A DNA stretch of 64,000 nt from Owenia fusiformis (lineage: Eukaryota), in NCBI GenBank assembly GCA_903813345.2, contig CAIIXF020000001.1, positions 47,182,001-47,246,000 on the forward strand, given 5' to 3'. Shown one piece after another: positions 1 through 12,925 of this stretch. Position 1 is the stretch's first letter; each line of letters begins with the position of its first letter. Under the pieces are notes generated by a model that saw nothing but the letters and a program-made list of their open reading frames with translations, made no database searches and was not told where the DNA came from. The position numbers and the translations under genes are program-made.

Positions 1-127
1 TGTAGACAGTACATGTAGTTCTGTTAACCCAATTTTCAATGACTAGATTCAAAGTGACAATTCACGTAAATAAGCAACTTATTTCAAATGCCAGGTGTAA
101 TGAATATATGATTTTATATAATTTCAG

Positions 128-1986
128 AATTGACTTTACACTTACAGAAGATGAAAATAAGCATGAAATTCTACTAGACTTAGCCGTATTTAAGTATGTA
201 TTATGCCTGAGCCTTTTTGTACATTCTATGATTAACACTTCTTTTAAAAGAACCTTTTTTTATTATGTTATGTGATTATAATTATTCATAATTATTTTGA
301 AAGGCATTGGTCAAAGTACTGTTTGCCTCATCATATTAAAATCATTTTCAAATGATCTATTTATTTTTGGATCTATTATTCTCTAGGAGTTATACAGGAG
401 TTAAAGATATAAATAAAGATAAAAGTTGAGATTATGGCCTTCCTACATGAACTCTGTTGTTGTAGGCATATGGATACTTCACTGATTGATGTAGATGTAC
501 AACCTGACCATGTGCTGGCATACATTAAGGGGAAGGTGAGACAATCAACATCTCCTCAATGTCTTTAATCTTTATCTTCAATTAATTGTTATTGATAAGG
601 TTTGAATTGCACTTTCACAAATTGATAACTGTATTTTGTACTTATTACCCTGTTTGTAGATATTTTAGCTTGCTCTGACAGAGAAAGTAGAGCAAGACTT
701 TAGTATTGCCAAAAGGTCACATGTCATCGACTTATTCCTATCTATAAGTAAATATTCCCTGTTTGTATTGTAGATATTCCAACTTGCATTGACTGAGGAA
801 GTAAAGTCAGACTCTAGTATTGCCCAAAGGTCACATGTCATCTAATAATTCCCCTGTTTGTATTGTAGATATTCCAACTTGCATTGACTGAGGAAGTAAA
901 GTCAGACTCTAGTATTGCCCAAAGGTCACATGTCATCTAATAATTCCCCTGTTTGTATTGTAGATATTCCAACTTGCATTGACTGAGGAAGTAAAGTCAG
1001 ACTCTAGTATTGCCCAAAGGTCACATGTCATCTAATAATTCCCCTGTTTGTATTGTAGATATTCCAACTTGCATTGACTGAGGAAGTAAAGTCAGACTCT
1101 AGTATTGCCCAAAGGTCACATGTCATCTAATAATTCCCCTGTTTGTATTGTAGATATTCCAACTTGCATTGACTGAGGAAGTAAAGTCAGACTCTAGTAT
1201 TCCCCAAAGGTCACATATCATCTAATAATTTCCCTGTTTGTATTGTAGATATTCCAACTTGCATTGACTGAGTAAGTAAAGCCTGACTCAATTCTTGCCC
1301 AAAGGTCACATTTCATCTACTTATTTCCCTGTTTGTATTGTAGATATTCCAACTTGCGTTGACAGAGGAAGTAAAGCCTGACTCTAGTGTTGCCCAAAGG
1401 TCTCAGGTCACTGGTCACCTGCTCATTACCATGCCAAAGGCCAAAGACAGGGAGATAAAGCTGACCAAGTCTCATCTTCAAAAACCAAATGATGTCAAGG
1501 ATAAAAAGCAGGATTCACTCAATGGGTGAGTGTTTTTGTAGCCTGTATCCACAAAATCCAAGTTTTCCTTAATACGGGCCTTAATACGGGCCAACCAATA
1601 TTCTAAAAGCTGTACCCTAGTAGAAAAATGCATCAGCATTGCATAAAGATAGAAAGGATGACTCTGTGTTTGCATTTTATGTGTATCTGATCAAAATTGC
1701 TTGCCTATAAATGCATGCCATTTGACTCATTTTGGCCAACTGTGTTCTTGAAACCTTACGTAGGCTAGACCTGTTTTATCATTTATAATTCTTAAATTTC
1801 AGGGTATCCAGAGAGACTCTTGAAGTGGATCCAGAAAAACTAGCTTCTATGGATTTTGCAAATATTGTACAAGAAAAAGGAAGTATAACTAAAGCACCAT
1901 TCGGTGCCCAAGTAAGGACTAATGTACTGGAGAAACCTAACAGTGAGGACTTTGTAGATGATCCAGATGTACCACCTTTGATGTGA
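128..1986 (+). CDS. DNAAF11: Dynein axonemal assembly factor 11 (LRRC6/tilB homolog), last four coding exons; 5' part lies upstream of the window
   Basis: GT-AG exons 128-193, 466-535, 1344-1525 and 1803-1986 join in frame to [77 protein letters not shown]...LEVDP...[12 protein letters not shown]. This matches the LRRC6 C-terminal region as I recall it ([33 protein letters not shown], terminal VPPL). Confidence 0.93.
640..1410 (+). repeat. 95-bp tandem array of splice acceptor plus exon 5' end in a DNAAF11 intron
   Basis: The unit ...ccctgtttgtattgtag|ATATTCCAACTTGCATTGACTGAGGAAGTAAAG...CCCAAAGGTCACATGTCA recurs with exon-like starts at 660, 774, 869, 964, 1059, 1154 and 1249; the real exon starts at 1344 (period 95 from 774 onward). 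Confidence 0.97.
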
Positions 1987-4900
1987 GCAGGAATATAGTA
2001 GATACTAATAGCCACAATCTCATATATATTTTGCCCCAACTCTACACATAATCATTCTGTGTGAATCGGTGGTACAGGAGCATTTGTTCAAAATAAGCAA
2101 ATTCATTTTGAGCCTACATTTTTTATTTCATATACTCTGTATTCCCAAGTCTGTTTCATTGCTGATTTTGGCAGTGAACAAAGTGGACTATTTGTCACAT
2201 TAAGTGTGAATTTCTTGAGACAGGCCAGCAGACATCATAGATGCCTTAAGCCTACTGAGCACTGAGTGTGTGAGTAACTCCTGAAACCGTCCAAAATACA
2301 TTTCATTTCACTTCTTCGTAGTGATAGTCATACATGTCGGTATGAGACCAAAACATAATTAACTAATTAACTTGTGAATGTAATATTATATGCAACAAAG
2401 TTCCGTCCAAAACAAACAAGAAGATCTCAGTCTTTAGCTGCGAAAACATTACGAATTTGATATGAGTAACATCATAAAGACAATGCTGTGCTTTTTAAGA
2501 TGGCATTTTATTGACAATCTTTATCTTGGCCTTATCTAGGAAATATTCTTATATCCTCAGATATGCCGTCAAGGAATCATATGATTTATTAAGAATTTGT
2601 CAAACTTTTCAAACCGTCCAAAAATCTTCATGTACATTCAATATTATTTTGATACTGATTTTGTACCATGTAAACGTGTTCTTATATTTATTTACGAAAT
2701 ATATACTTTGTTTAAATGTATTTATACTTTTTTGTTTTTAATGGGTTTGTCATTATTTAAAAATATGTTATGTTTATCATGTGACAGATATAAGACTTAC
2801 AAATGGAAAACATGTCGTTTTAGCTATCTAAAAGCACACATGGAAATATGCATTGACTTACTAGTTATTGAATATTACAAGTCCAAGCCAACAAAAGTTG
2901 GATATTGCTATTGGCGATTGAACAATATTCGCGAAATAAATAGGATTTTTTGATAGTAAGAGTTCTTACTTTCAACTAAAAAAGCTAAATGACATTGCAT
3001 AGTACTAATATACTTTGAATGGACGCATCCCGTTTGAGTGTGTTTAGCAGCAGATGTGACGGGCTTAAGGCCTTCGTGCTTTCTACTTTATAAACTCATT
3101 TCATTTCACATGTATTTCAAACGTAACAACAATATACCAATATATTCATTCAGAAAAGAATTTATGATGAAAATATTAATTTTTGTGCCAGTCCTGGGCT
3201 TTCAACAACATATTTCACAATCGCTCCAGAAGCCCCAGTTTTACAAAATGCGTGAAGGGAATTATATGATTTCTGCAACGGCAATAAATCTATACTTATA
3301 GTACCGGTGTTTCTCGCAAGTAGACCCACTGGGCGTTTATTTCGCATGCGCGTTTATTTGAAAATCTTCGAAATGAACGCCCCGTGGGCTTCTATGAAGA
3401 GGGAAACTTATTTTTCAAGGCAGATGGGCATTAATAACGCAGATGCGAGTAGGTAGTTACCAGACTCACCACTAGGTGGCTCGTTCGGGTCAGATAGCAT
3501 GGCGGGTATAGAAGAAAGTTCCCTCAAACTTAAATTACATCTGTTTGCGTGGTTCAATTTTCATATAACCCTTATGTATCTAATAGTTATGCAAATTAAA
3601 ATATGTCCAGTAAAGGAAAATGTTATCTGTGCGATACAAGAAAAGATAATTCACTTTAAATCGGAGGTTCTATCAAAGTTCTCTTGCTTTGATCCGATTT
3701 GAAATAGTTTTTGAAATTTTAAAGATCCAGTAATAATGTGCATACATGGGCTTTCAACTTTTCAACTAGTTGAAAGCCCATGGTGCATACAAATCTTTTT
3801 CTCGAATGTCCATTTATTTAAAGGCACTCGAAAAAGAAGCCCAACATGGGCTTTTAGGGACATGATATGAAAACCGCTTAGTCAGTCATCAAGTTATATA
3901 TTCTCTCTTTCAACTAAACGCCTGTGAGGTCAGCAAATTTTCTGGGCTACCCAACTATTCTGACTTGACCCATTGGGTTCTTTTGAATGCCCATGCTTGA
4001 CCCAAGTATTCTGGGTTTAATTATTTTATCTCATATACTCAATATGGTGATTTTCAATTCAATGTTTCTTTCACAGATGACTGTTGAAATTAAGTTAATT
4101 AAACCACTTCATATTTGCTTATATTATGTATGATGCTGCCTTAAGCACAAAAAGGCCTTAACTACATGTATTTATTATATAAACTAACAGGGTAGCATAC
4201 TCATTGAAGTTCACGTTCACTTAAAAACGTGTAGCTATATCCTCCTTCTTGATTTCTCAGTCTATGTAGTTCCAACTCATTTGAAAGATGTCGCGCATTT
4301 TCATAGTTAATTGAATCTAGGGAAATACTGTTGCAAAAATATTTTTGTGATACTAACAGTATTAATGATTTATTCTTTCATGTCATTACTAATTAAATCG
4401 TATCAAAAATATATTATAGTATTCGTGAATATCGAGGAAAGAATATATATACGGAAGAGAATAAGGTTTTCTCAAAATCAAAATGCGATTTATACATTCT
4501 TATCCTAGCCTCGGTTTGAGTTTGTTATTTATTTCCTGACAACCAAAGTACACAAGTTACAAATTATATATGAAAAAGTGAACATATCTACTTCAAAGCA
4601 ATTAATCGAGTACTGTTTTTATTCTTCATAACGTTCGTAAGTATAATTACAATAACTAATACTCGTTAGAGTAATTCTAATTCATCTAGGATGTATAGGC
4701 CAAGGGAAAAGTAGACTAGTAGATTATCATGATTTTGATTAAAAAAGATCTGGTGGTTGTTTTGCTACTAGAGATGCCTTAGTTCTATGTCCTGCAATTC
4801 AATTCAGTACACAGGCATATCTTAGTGTTGTTGCTTGGCCCAGCTTGAAATGCTACAGTGTCGCGTTTATCAAATTCTTTGACCTTTTTCTGTAAGCGTT

Positions 4901-5050
4901 TTCATGATGTTAAACTATATATCTGCTTAGTTTAAATGAGCTTATTAGCCTTTTGCGGATTATTGATGTAGATATAGATGATTTAGACCTCTGCCTGACT
5001 AGGACTGCAACATATATACTATATTTCAGACAAAATACAATTAAATCATC

Positions 5051-8000
5051 ATGCCTAGACCACGCTCAGGAGGTTCCGACTACAGTGATGCAGATGCAGA
5101 TGGGATGGCAGAAAGGGAGATGGAGTACACAAAACTCCAACGTCAGCATAGAATCATGCAAGGCGACAGAGAGGCTTATACAGAGGAGTCACAGAATCTT
5201 ATACGTAAACAAAAGTAAGTTCATACATGCTTTGATTTAAGTACTAATTGTTTGGTTATATTATGCTCACACTTTGCTGTTTGATTTTAGTTTAGTATTT
5301 TACCATTTGTTTGTGAGGATAGGATGGCAAGCGGCAAAGTATATTAGCATTACTGAATTGCTTTTGATAAGCTGAATTAAGTTCCAAAGTTATTTTGATT
5401 TCTGATAAATACTAGACAATATGTTCAATATATTCCAAAATAAAATTTCTTTTCAGAGCGGAAATATCTCAACTAGAAGCAGAACGTGCAGAATTGTTGA
5501 AAGATTTGCGTTTGGCAGAGAGTCGAAGCAATCAGAATAAAGATGAGGTCCATACTGACAAACTCACAACCCTAGTCAATGACAGAGGTAAAAATAGACA
5601 TGTAACAACCCAGAGAATGTTTACAATTAAATACAATAAAGAATGACTTAATGTGATGTCCAGAATAAAACAATCCATTTGGATTTGGATTCTTCTCAAT
5701 TTAATGACATACAGGGTGATCATAATTAAAAAACAACAGGGTGTTCAGAATTGAGGGATTCAACTTTATAAAGGGTATCAACATTAAATAACATGTTGTC
5801 TTGAATTAGTAAATTCTAATGGGTGTTTACAATTAATTACATAGATATTATTGAATTGAAACATATAGACTTCACAATTAAACTCAGAATGTAGCGTGTT
5901 AAAAAAGTTCCAATGTATTTAAACTCTTTTCACCTTGAGAGTATCTGATAGAAGTTAAGCTTAAAGATTGACAATTAAATGACTGTTAAAGAACATTACA
6001 ATACTCTATTGCTACACCTTGATGTAAAAAATTGAAAATGTGTGTTAATGGTTGTTGTTTTTTGATAGATGACCTCCACCAATCAATAGATGATGAAAAG
6101 GAAAACCAAAAGGAACTGGATGCAAAAATTCGAGAATGGGAGAAGAAAATAAGAGACCAACACAAAAATATGGGAGGCATACACATGAGCCGTCAACACA
6201 CAATAAAAACACAGAAAAATGTCCGGGTTCTTGAAAACCGACTAGATAAAGTAAGAAATCATACCAATTTCTCATGTTAGTTGTTATAAAAATTCTTAAT
6301 ATCACATATCTATTGGTACATAATTATTATAAATAAATGAATGAATAATAAGAATATGATTTATTTTATATATTCAAACCTACATGTATTAATAAACACA
6401 AATGATTTATTGAAAAAAGTGTTGTAATATTTAGCGTTTATGAATATTTGATAATATTTTTTAAAATTTTTACTTGTCCTGTTTTAGGAAAATCAAAAGT
6501 TTAACAATTGTCTCACAGCAAATGCCTCACTCCGAGAAGAAATAGACAGTTTACGAGTTGAGAGAGTACGTTTTGATAATCTCTATTGTAAACTGGACAA
6601 AGAACGCATGGAGCTTAGACGTGACCTGGGAGAAGTTATCGACCAATCATCACAGGCCTATGATTCAAGGTAGGTTTAAAACTTTTAAACACATAGCAGA
6701 ATGTTAAGAGAGTTCAATTGAAAAAGAGATAGTGTCCAAATTTAGAATATGAAATCTGACAATATCTATGATATCTGAAAATGGTCTCACTTGAATGAAT
6801 TGCTTGTTCCATTGATATGTACAGTGAAACATGTAAAGTGATAGACCTTAGAAGTGGAACACCCCTGTTAGTGGAACACTCACTTTTCAGAGTCCTAACT
6901 GACTCAATGATCAATGAACTTCTATAAGTGGAACACCTCGCAAGGGGAACACATTTTAGAAGTACCAAATGTGTTCTACCAGTACTTAGACAGGGTTTAC
7001 TGTATTATTTGAAATACATATCAATGGAACAAGCTATTCATTCAACCATTGCTTTGTTACCATGGATAATTATACATGTGCTAACATGCTTTCATAACCT
7101 GGAGCATACATGTATTTTACTTCATTGATAATAAACAATTTCAATTGATGTGTGAATGCAGGGATGAATGCCAGGCAAAGATGATTCTCCTGAAAGAGAA
7201 GGCAGACAAGGACCTACAACAGCATAATGCAGAGATGAAAGAGTTGGTGAGAATAATTGACCATGACAGGAAGCTCAAGGAATTCATGGGAATAAAAGGT
7301 CAAGAAAGGCAAGAGGATCCACAACTGGTTGCCTGGAGGTCAAGAAAAGGTAAGTTAATTGTTAGATATTAGAATTTGTTGGATGTTAAAAAGGAACATT
7401 TTGAGTCTTTGACTCAAAAATGTACCAGTTTTGTTTTACCAAATACTATAAAAGCCAGTGTAAATTAAGTTATTTTTATTCATTACATTTGTTTTTTCTT
7501 CAAAAATATTGTCGTACACATTTCGGGAATCATCATGTTCCTAAACACATTTTAGGAATAATTAAGGGCATATCCACGTAGTGAATTTCAAATAAATATA
7601 CTTGGTAAAATGTTGTATAAATACATGCATGATTACATTTACAGAGTCATTGGAGGCTGAACGTAAGAAGGAGTTTGCTGAAGATTCTGTTGAAGCTTAC
7701 GAGGCAGCATTTGAGAGGATCAAGGAGATCACAGGAGAGGAAGATCTTGATCTTTTGGTTGAGAAGTTTATTGAAGTGGAAGATAGAAACTTTGCACTGT
7801 TCAACTATGTGAACGAACAGAATAATGAGATAGAGACTCTGCAAGAACAAATTGCTGAAGTAAGCATTATTTTTGAGTGTGGTCTTGAATTAAGATATCA
7901 GAAATGAATTTTTATCTCAAGATAAAATAGTCAATCAGTTTGCTTCCTTTGACATACAATAATAAAAGTCACAAACAGAATATTGAATATGCATTGGAAT

Positions 8001-9875
8001 ACTAATTTTAGAAAGTCAGCTGAACCTGCAATAGAAACTCCATAATTGTGAATAAATACATGGGTAAAAGAACGAATCTGATTGGTCTGAAACAACCTTC
8101 ACATTGGTCTTCATTTTTTTGTTTCCTGATAACATTATTACTTTTGAATATCCTGGGCAAGTCCAAAGAGCCAATAATTCAAGCTGATCATTCCATCGAA
8201 TAGCTAACACCCATTACACACTAGCTCTATGTTAAATTAAATACTTTATCTGCCTTACAGATGAAGGACGAAATTGCTAACTTCAAAGAACAAGGTGTTG
8301 AGATGGAGACACAGCGACAAGCAATCCTGTCAAACCTTGAGGAGAAACAAGTGACTGCATCTAAGAATGCAGATGAGCATGATGAGAAGCATACTGCAAT
8401 CATGAAGATTCTGGATCAGCTCAGGGCAGGTAAGAATATCAGTCAGAAAACATTATTTATATGTTGTCTTGCATCAAGTCTTTCGACCCCTGATCTAGTT
8501 CAAGATCTAGTTATATGGCATATTTGAAAAACTTATGAATAATGATTAACTTATTAAATTATGGACTCATGATTATTTGCATGTACATGTTTTAATATCA
8601 CAACACTTGTTTTGTCTTATCCAGGTATTGACTCGCTGTTTAATAAGATCAGTTGTGAAAGATCGGCTATAGATGACATGTTAGGTGCACAGACAGGAGT
8701 ACAGGACAGAAATATGATCCAGTATCTGGGAATTATTGAACAAAGAACCAATGAGCTGCTATCCATTCAGAATTATTCCAATTCAAAGGTAGGTTTTGTT
8801 GTTTTATTATGGGGGAGGTCTGTCGGGTATACCAGAAAATGTGAAATGTCAACTTTTACTTTTTAGTGTCTCTCTGTTTCAAGGGGAATTGGTTCTAGAT
8901 GGTAATTCTTGAAAGAATACTTCATTTTATGCAGAGAATCTTGGCTATCATGGAACTTGCTCTATCTTGAGTAAATATATCATCTTACCATAAATCACAT
9001 TTAGGACTCTGGAAGTTGTTAAAAGATGAAGTGAGGGAATAACCCATTCAATATAACTTAATGCAAGCGGCTTTTACCCCTCCCTTTTGTATTTGATTTG
9101 ATTTGAAAACCATATTTATTCTGGGTACATGTAGCTCTATCATGTAAAATGATTTATAATCAGTATTTGACTTGATCTTCGTGAATGGAATAAAATTGAC
9201 ACTTAAGTAATGGTCTGTTTGTTTGCAGGACTATGAGAAATATGATCCAAAGGCAGGAGGTCTTCTAGGGGCTGGTCCCCAGGCAACACAGAATCAGATG
9301 CAGATTATGGCTCCCTCTGTAGGGTAAGTTACTTCAGCAGTTTCTTTAACAGTTACAAATATTAGGTCAATATATATATATGTGTGTATTTTAACAAAAA
9401 CTTAGTCACAACGTAGTTGGTGCATAATCCTTATTTTTACAATTCTGACCAACTTTCCATGATCCATGATTTTAATGTGGGTTCATGATTACCCACTTAC
9501 ATTAAAGGAAACCATTTAACAGTCTGACATTATAGGATACTAGTATAGTATTGGACAAAAAACTCCTCTGAATTAATCATATTATCACAAAACTCACCCT
9601 TGAATTACGTTTGAAAATAACCTTTTATTATCTGAAAAATCAGATTGGAAACACCTTATTTCATGACAATATTTCAAAATGGACTATTTTCTTGTAGGGA
9701 TGAATATGAAAGTGAGGGCAGTGAGGCCAGTGATGATGACAGACCTTTCACCCGCAATGAACTACAATCTAAAGTTATGAAAACTGTTAAAAAACGAGAA
9801 TCAGCCATGAGGCGAGAAGGATTTAAATATGACTTATCAAATGCTAGAGAAAAAACTCAGAAGAAGAAAAAGTAG
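5051..9875 (+). CDS. ODAD1: Outer dynein arm docking complex subunit (ODAD1/CCDC114 or CCDC63 family, DC2 homolog), 555 aa
   Basis: Ten GT-AG exons (5051-5214, 5457-5587, 6069-6250, 6488-6669, 7162-7349, 7645-7859, 8261-8429, 8625-8788, 9229-9323, 9698-9875) total 1668 nt in one frame. Coiled-coil protein with family motifs KLQRQHRIMQGDR, VLENRLD, FIEVEDRNFALFNYVNEQNNEIE and YLGIIEQRTNELL. ODAD1 versus CCDC63 orthology is not resolvable by eye. Confidence 0.88.
6822..7002. mobile_element. Tc1/mariner-pogo-type MITE
   Basis: TA|CAGTGAAAC ... GGTTTACTG|TA termini; internal repeated GTGGAACAC motifs. Confidence 0.65.
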
Positions 9876-10840
9876 ATTTCAAGATGTGATGATAATAATT
9901 GATAAACAACAAGCATCTACTGTAGAATTTACTATGTGTTGAACAGTATTGAACAGCTAAAGTTCGGGGGTTACTGGCAGCACCTAGAGGCAATATCCAC
10001 TCCGTCCAAGAGTTCATGAAATGCAGCAAACAAAGAAGGTTTAATCTCCAAGTTTGTTGGAAATCACATATACTGTATGGAACAATCATGCTTGAAAAGC
10101 TGTTTTCTCAGGAGATATTGAGAAGTTGGCAATGGACTTCATGAGTTTAACATGGGCCTCTTACGGAAATATATCATGTATTATGAATATGATTATTACA
10201 TATTTTACGATACATAGAGAAAATGGGCTCCAGATAAACCCATTTTGAACGTGGTACTTGTATACTTTTGGAAATGAGTATCTGTATCTTCATCCTGTGA
10301 AAGAATATTTAAGAAATCCAAGAACATATTTTACTGAAGATTTAGTCATTTTCAATTTATTTCATTTTCAATCAGTGAATAATTCAGAATTCTATCAATC
10401 TAAAATATACAACTATAAAATTCATATTATAATCATAGTGACCTTTACATTGTAAAGTAAACATTTTGTGAGCTTATAATTAAAGATCACCCCCGTGCAT
10501 CTCTTGCTAGGTATTTTTGTAAAGAGTATATGAAATAAATATATTAAAATTTTAATTCTTTGATTTGTATTACTCATTTTTCTACTAATTTTGAGTATTG
10601 TAATTTGTAAAGCAATGGTGTGATAATGCTCGGGAATTAACAATAACAAGGTGACTATTTTGAAATATTCAACAACTTAACATAACTCTTACATTTCTCA
10701 TACTCTAATGTTCCATTCTTTATTCAGTATTCAGTTCATAACTGTGGGATTATTTGAAGAATAAGTTACATAACATTTATACTCACTTCACAATCACATG
10801 GACGGAATAAACAGATTTAAATAACACAAACATATTACAT

Positions 10841-12446
10841 ACAAGAACACAAATGTGTACAAAATGTCCCCACCTATAGGTGATCCCGTCAAATGGTTAT
10901 CCTAAAAATGAGTAGACAAGACTTTACCGACACAATTTGAGGACGGAATATCAAAAATGGCCACCTTAAAATTTACCCAGAATGCCAAAAAATATTAGTC
11001 AGTTCTAGATTTTCATACTAAGAACCACCCCTGAAAATTTGAAATTGATCCCTCACACAGTTAACCAGAAAACATGTAAACAAGGCTTTACAAACAAGAT
11101 TTTAGGACGGAAAATCCAAAATGGGTGCCTTGACATTTATCCAGAATGCCAAAAAGCTATTCTCTTCTAGATTTTCATACTAAGAATCATCCCTGAAAAT
11201 TTGAAATTGATCTACCAAACGGTTCACCTGGAAATGCGTAGACAAAACATAACAGACAAGATTTTAGGACGGAAAATCCAAAATGGCTGCCTTGACATTT
11301 ACCCAGAATGCCCAAAAACTAATCAGATCTAGATTTTCATACTAAGAATCATCCCTAAAAATTTGAAATTGATCTACCAAACGGTTCACCTAAAAATGCG
11401 TAGACAAGACTTTACGGGCAAGATTTTAGGACAGAAAATCCAAAATGGCTGCTTTGACATTTACCCAGAATGCCAAAAGACTAATCAGATCTTTCATACT
11501 AAGAATCATCCCTGAAAATTTGAAATTGATCGACCACACGGTTCACCAAAAAATGCGTAGACAAGACTTTACAGGCAAGATTTTAAAAAAAACTAATCAG
11601 ATCTAGATTTTCATACTAAGAATCATCCCTGAAAATTTGAAATTGATCTACCAAACAGATCACCTGGAAATGCGTAGACAAGACTTTACAGACAAGATTT
11701 TAGGACGGAAAATCCAAAATGGCTGCCTTGACATTTACCCAGAATGCCCAAAAACTAATCAGATCTAGATTTTCATACTAAGAATCATCCCTGAAAATTT
11801 GAAATTGATCTACCAAACGGTTCACCTGAAAATGCGATGACAAGACTTTACAGACAAGATTTTAGGACGGAAAATCCAAAATGGCCGACAATAAAAAAGT
11901 GATTATGAGTTTTTGCCGAATTCTTTTTACAAAATTATCACATATAACTACTGTTAACAATAACATAGGCTTTTACAACAAAGTACACCTGCAATTATTT
12001 ATAAAGCTACAAAATAGTTAAAGTATGAAAACTGAAAAACACCATTCAATATGATACAAAGTATTATCGCGCGCTAACTTTTCTTAAAACATTCAAAATG
12101 GCTGACATGACTGAGCTAACAGGTACAAAACCTAATCAGATCTAGAATGAAGTGAGCTGAACAAGATGTTAAAATTTCAAAAGCAACTGTGAAGCCATTT
12201 TTCTTAAAGTTTGCAGACAAGGATTTTAGCATTTGACTTCAAAATGGCTGACAGGAAGTAGGTATCGAGTTTTTTTCATTCACATCTAGATGCACTCATA
12301 AGTTAACCCTGAAAATTTGAAGGTGATATCTGTAGCGGTTTTGGAGAAAACTGCCGGACGTACGGACGGACGGACAGACGGACATACGGACAGACAGACG
12401 CGCCTAGGCCGACAATATGGCCTCACACAATGTGGTGGGGACATAA
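10841..12446 (-). mobile_element. Helentron/HINE (DINE-1-like) non-autonomous element with 162-bp core tandem repeat
   Basis: Subterminal inverted repeat ATGTCCCCACC (10864-10874) / GGTGGGGACAT (12434-12444); (GGAC/AGAC)n microsatellite at 12356-12400; about 6-7 units of a 162-bp repeat; terminal hairpin ACACAAATGTGT next to ACAAG. Confidence 0.85.
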
Positions 12447-12834
12447 AAACATGTACTCATTATAGATATGACTTCGACTTTCTTGCAACACATAAGCCAG
12501 ATTTTAATGTAGCATCCTTACACACATTGAAAGGATTTGATTTTCAATTAAAAATTGTAACAAGAAGCGCATATAGAACACATATATAAGGCAAGCGACA
12601 TTAATATCATTTGCGATGCATACATGGACCTTTGTTGTATTTTGAAAAAAATTGTTGAATTTGAAAATTTTGATTGAGTTACCAAAGTTGTTAACCTGAA
12701 TGCTTAAAAACTGATACCTTTGGCTAAGTTAGAATATTGCCACATTGTGGTAACATTAAAAATGCATTATAAGGTCATTTGGATATAGCCATATTGAATC
12801 CATTATGGATTGCTAGTATGCCAAGGATTTACTT

Positions 12835-12925
12835 CATTAATATGCAAAATATTAAATCCTTTATAATATGCAAAATATTAACTCTATATGTAAAATATTA
12901 ACTCTTTAATATGCAAAATATTAAA
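12835..12925. repeat. Short AT-rich minisatellite (~22-27 bp unit, about 4 copies)
   Basis: Repeated AATATGCAAAATATTAA core. Confidence 0.7.

Noticed and set aside
640..1410. CRISPR-like array
   Set aside because: Units are fully repeated with no unique spacers, derive from a host exon junction, and lie in a eukaryotic intron with no cas genes.
12317..12589. 90-aa ORF with GRTD repeats
   Set aside because: Translation of the (GGAC)n microsatellite of a HINE-like element.
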